Both the position numbers and the translations under genes were made by a program. A DNA stretch of 64,000 bases from Malacoraja senta (lineage: Eukaryota). Under the pieces are notes generated by a model, which saw nothing but the letters and a program-made list of their open reading frames with translations, was not told the DNA's origin and searched no databases. The DNA lies in contig CM075990.1 of NCBI GenBank assembly GCA_038087875.1, positions 4,156,001-4,220,000 on the forward strand. The letters run 5' to 3'. Of the stretch, positions 60,781 through 64,000 are shown piece after piece; the stretch's first letter is position 1; the number at the start of each line of letters is the position of its first letter.

Positions 60781-61356
60781 GGACAATCAGGAAACTGGTG
60801 GATCTATTGACTTGCCATGTGAAGCTTTTTAAACTTGTGATTTGCCACTGCACTGGCGAGCCGAGGCAGCAGAGAGACTGAGATGTGATCGCATGATTTT
60901 TCGTTTTGCCCCTTTATTATTGCTTGGATATTTCCGCAAACCCGGCGTTTGGTGGGACCGTGACCCAAGAACAGTTTAACGTGTCCGGGTGACCGGCCCG
61001 CAGTGTAGAGGCGTTTGGCTTCAGTCTAGTTCTTGTCAAACCAAGTGGCAGAGTGTGACAAATTTCTGCTCTCCTGTTATTTGGCGGGGATTTCGAAACT
61101 TAAAAACCTCGGTTACCGGTTTTTTGGGGGGAAAACATTAAATAAAATCTGTGACCAGTTAATATTAATTACCGTTGACAACCAAACATTGTAATTATTA
61201 TTTTTTTTTAGCAGTTTAATGTTGAAATGTCTTATTAACAAAAATTTGTGCCAACAAATAACGCGTGTGATAAGATTGTCCTGGCTTCTACATATTACAT
61301 CGAAGTATTTTCTCAAGAGGTTTGGGGATAGATTTGGGGAGCCTAGAAAAATCCTT

Positions 61357-61423
61357 CCTATATTGGGTGATATGAGTCACACAATCCTAGCATATCAGGT
61401 GTAGTGTTACCACCCTTATATGG
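61357..61423. promoter_or_regulatory. Pair of perfect CArG boxes (SRF sites) upstream of the LDB3 start exon
   Basis: CCTATATTGG at 61357-61366 and CCTTATATGG at 61414-61423. TGATAA at 61268. Confidence 0.55.
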
Positions 61424-61692
61424 CTCACTCTGCCTGTGGTCTCTTCACTTGGTTCTATTCTTGGGTACCACTCTGATCCCAATCAGTAATTCAGTGGCTT
61501 TAAAAAAAATATATATATATATATTTATTCACTAACTTTTTTTTCTTGTTTCTTCTCTGTCCTCCTTGCTCCCACTCCATACCTCTCCCCCCTGTTCCCA
61601 CCCCATACCTGTCCCTCCTGTTCCCACCCCATTCCTCTCCCCCGAAGGCCTTTCCCGGTAGCGTTTTGAAGCGGCTGGTTGGAGCGTGAACT

Positions 61693-61787
61693 ATGTCGGC
61701 ATACAACGTGTCCCTGACGGGCCCAGCACCCTGGGGCTTCAGGCTGCAAGGAGGAAGGACTTCAACATGCCTCTGACCATCTCCAGA
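61693..61787 (+). CDS. LDB3: First coding exon of LDB3 (ZASP/Cypher)-like PDZ-LIM gene, [32 protein letters not shown], with a 1-nt deletion
   Basis: PDZ N-terminus [20 protein letters not shown] followed by a GTAAGT donor at 61788. Upstream acceptor at 61660-61661 after a long pyrimidine tract. The ...LTISR ending favours LDB3 over PDLIM5 (...LTISS) and PDLIM7 (...PLSISR). Confidence 0.82.
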
Positions 61788-61854
61788 GTAAGTCGGCTGC
61801 ATCTCCACGCCCCGAGCGGGCGGCGAGCTTGGTGTTGCCAAGTTGGGGAACGTG

Positions 61855-62492
61855 GCGTTTCATTTTAACAAGAGGAATCGAATATAGGCGCAAAGAGGTC
61901 CTTCTGCAGTTGTACAGAGCTCTAGTGAGACCACACCTGGAGTATTGTGTGCAGTTTTGCTCCCCTAATTTGAGGAAGGACATTCTTGCTATTGAGGGTG
62001 TGCAGCGTAGGTTTACAAGATTAATTCCCGGGATGGCGGGACTGTTGTATGCTGAGAGAATGGAGCAGCTGGGCTTGTACACTCTGGAGTTTAGAAGGAT
62101 GAGAGGGAATCTCATTGAAACATATAAGATTGTTAAGGGCTTGGACACGCTAGAGGCAGGAAACATGTTCCCGATGTTGGGGGAGTCCAGAACCAGGGGC
62201 CACAGTTTAAGAATAAGGAGTAAGCCATTTAGAACGGAGACGAGGAAACACTTTTTCTCACAGAGTGGTGAGTCTGTGGAATTCTCAGCCTCAGAGGGCG
62301 GTGGAGGCAGGTTCTCTGGATGCTTTCAAGAGAGAGCTAGATAGGGCTCTTAAAAATAGCGGAGTCTGGGGATTTGGGGAGAAGGCAGGAACGGGGTACT
62401 GATTGGGGATGATCAGCCATGATCACAGTGAATGGCGGTGCTGGCTCGAAGGGTCAAATGGCCTACTCCTGCACCTATTGTCTATTGTCTAT
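61855..62492 (+). mobile_element. CR1-clade LINE 3' fragment in LDB3 intron
   Basis: ORF 61829-62344: LYRALVRPHLEYCVQF.SP...VQRRFTRLIPGM...TRGHSLRI. Confidence 0.92.
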
Positions 62493-64000
62493 TTCAACCC
62501 TCTCGTAGACCCGGACTGATACGGGCTGTTTGGGTCTGGGGCCTGCTCCAGCCTTGGCTTGTTGTCAAACGTCTCGCCCCCGTTGAACAGAGCGATTTCT
62601 GGTTTGCCACCCTCTGGCTAAAGAAGTTCACAGGTTCTAGGAGCAGAATGAGTCCATTATTCACCCCATCAAGTCTACTCAGCCATCCAATCATGGCTGA
62701 CTATCTTTCCCTCTCAACCCCATTCTCCTGCCTTCTCCCCATAACCCCATTGACACCATTACTAATCAAGAACTTGGCCTTAAAAGTACCCATTGACTTG
62801 GCCTCCACAGCATCTGTGGACTTCAGGCGACTTCAGATTTGATGGTGTAATGAGATAGTGATCTGGTAGTTAAAGGGAATAGCGCAAGAAGCAGGAGAGG
62901 GAACAGAACATTCTGTTCCTTGGATTTGCTTCGCCATTCACGAAGATCAGACATGACTTCAACCCTGCTGTACTTCCCATCTCCCTTGCTCAAAGGAGTC
63001 TCCACCCTGAATATATTGACCCTGCCTCCACAGCTCGGTGGGATGGAGAATTCTACCACATTCCACCTATCTATCTCATTGGAGACCCTTTGGCTATCCT
63101 TGATTGGACTTTACCGGACTTGATCTTGCATTAAACAATATTCACATTGTTCCCTTTATCATGTATCTGTACTCTGTGGATGGCTGAATTGTAATCATGT
63201 ATTGTCTTTCCACTGACTGGTTAGCACGCAACAAAAGCTTTTCACTGTATCTCAGTACACGTGACAATAAATTAAACTGAACTCCAAATATTCACAACCC
63301 TCAGAGAAAGAAATTCTTCACTCTTTCCGAAACAGGCACCAAGCTGGTGTACATAAGCCAGAGGAGCTGAATTAGGCCATTCGGCCCATCAAATCCGCCT
63401 TTAAATCATGACTGATCTATCTTTCCTCTCAACTCCATTTTCGCCGTAACCTTTGACACCCTTACTAATCAAGAAGCTGTCAATGTCCGCTTTAAAAATA
63501 CCCCATGACCTGGCCTCCTCTACTGTCTGTGGCAATTAATTCCACAGATTCACCACCCTCTGGCTAAAGAAATTCATCCTCATCTCCATTTTAAAGGGCC
63601 ATCCTTTTATTCTGAGGCTGTGCCCTCTGGTACCAGACCCTCTCGCTAATGGGAACATCCTCTCCACATCCACTCCATCCAGGCCTTTCCTGTTATTGGA
63701 GAGTGCGACTGGACTGACGGACCCTGAAGCCCCAGAACCTGGTGGCCAATATGCTGCGGAGATGGTGGGTGCACTTGGTGGCATCTGCCAATGTGCCACA
63801 GATTCTAGAACTACGTCCACAGACTGAACAATGGCAAAACTGATTCCACACTTTAACTAAGAAAGAAAGAAGAGAGAAAATCAAGGAAAAATGAATTAGT
63901 TAACTAGCCATCAGTAGTAGTGAAAGTGCTGCAATCTTCTACAAAGGAAGTGGCAACAGCAGCCGATGGAGTTGCTGCCAATCCGGGTGAGACCCAGATT

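Noticed and set aside
61693..61787. Assignment as PDLIM5 or PDLIM7
   Set aside because: Exon ends NMPLTISR, which fits LDB3 better. Not fully excluded from one exon alone.

Overview
Eukaryotic DNA from a cartilaginous fish, probably a skate or ray. This is inferred from the dense HE1-type V-SINEs, CR1 fragments and Penelope-like repeats. The minus strand carries the 5' part of WASHC2 (FAM21): a probable non-coding exon 1 at ~38.85 kb, then 14 coding exons (32724 down to 2884). They splice in frame via GT-AG introns into 473 codons + 1 nt, and the gene continues past the window start. Near the window end, the first coding exon of an LDB3 (ZASP/Cypher)-like PDZ-LIM gene lies on the plus strand with a 1-nt deletion. 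The rest is mostly transposon-derived: one 5'-truncated Penelope-like element, dozens of short Penelope tails with minimal hammerhead motifs, SINEs, CR1/L2/Rex1/RTE pieces, MITEs and a solo LTR. The most unusual items are a ~200-nt CpG-rich, highly base-pairable insert inside a Rex1 fragment (28739-28941), a 10-copy CACGTG array at the WASHC2 promoter, and two kinds of candidate ribozyme. All calls were made by eye with no database searches, and repeat boundaries are approximate unless a TSD is given.
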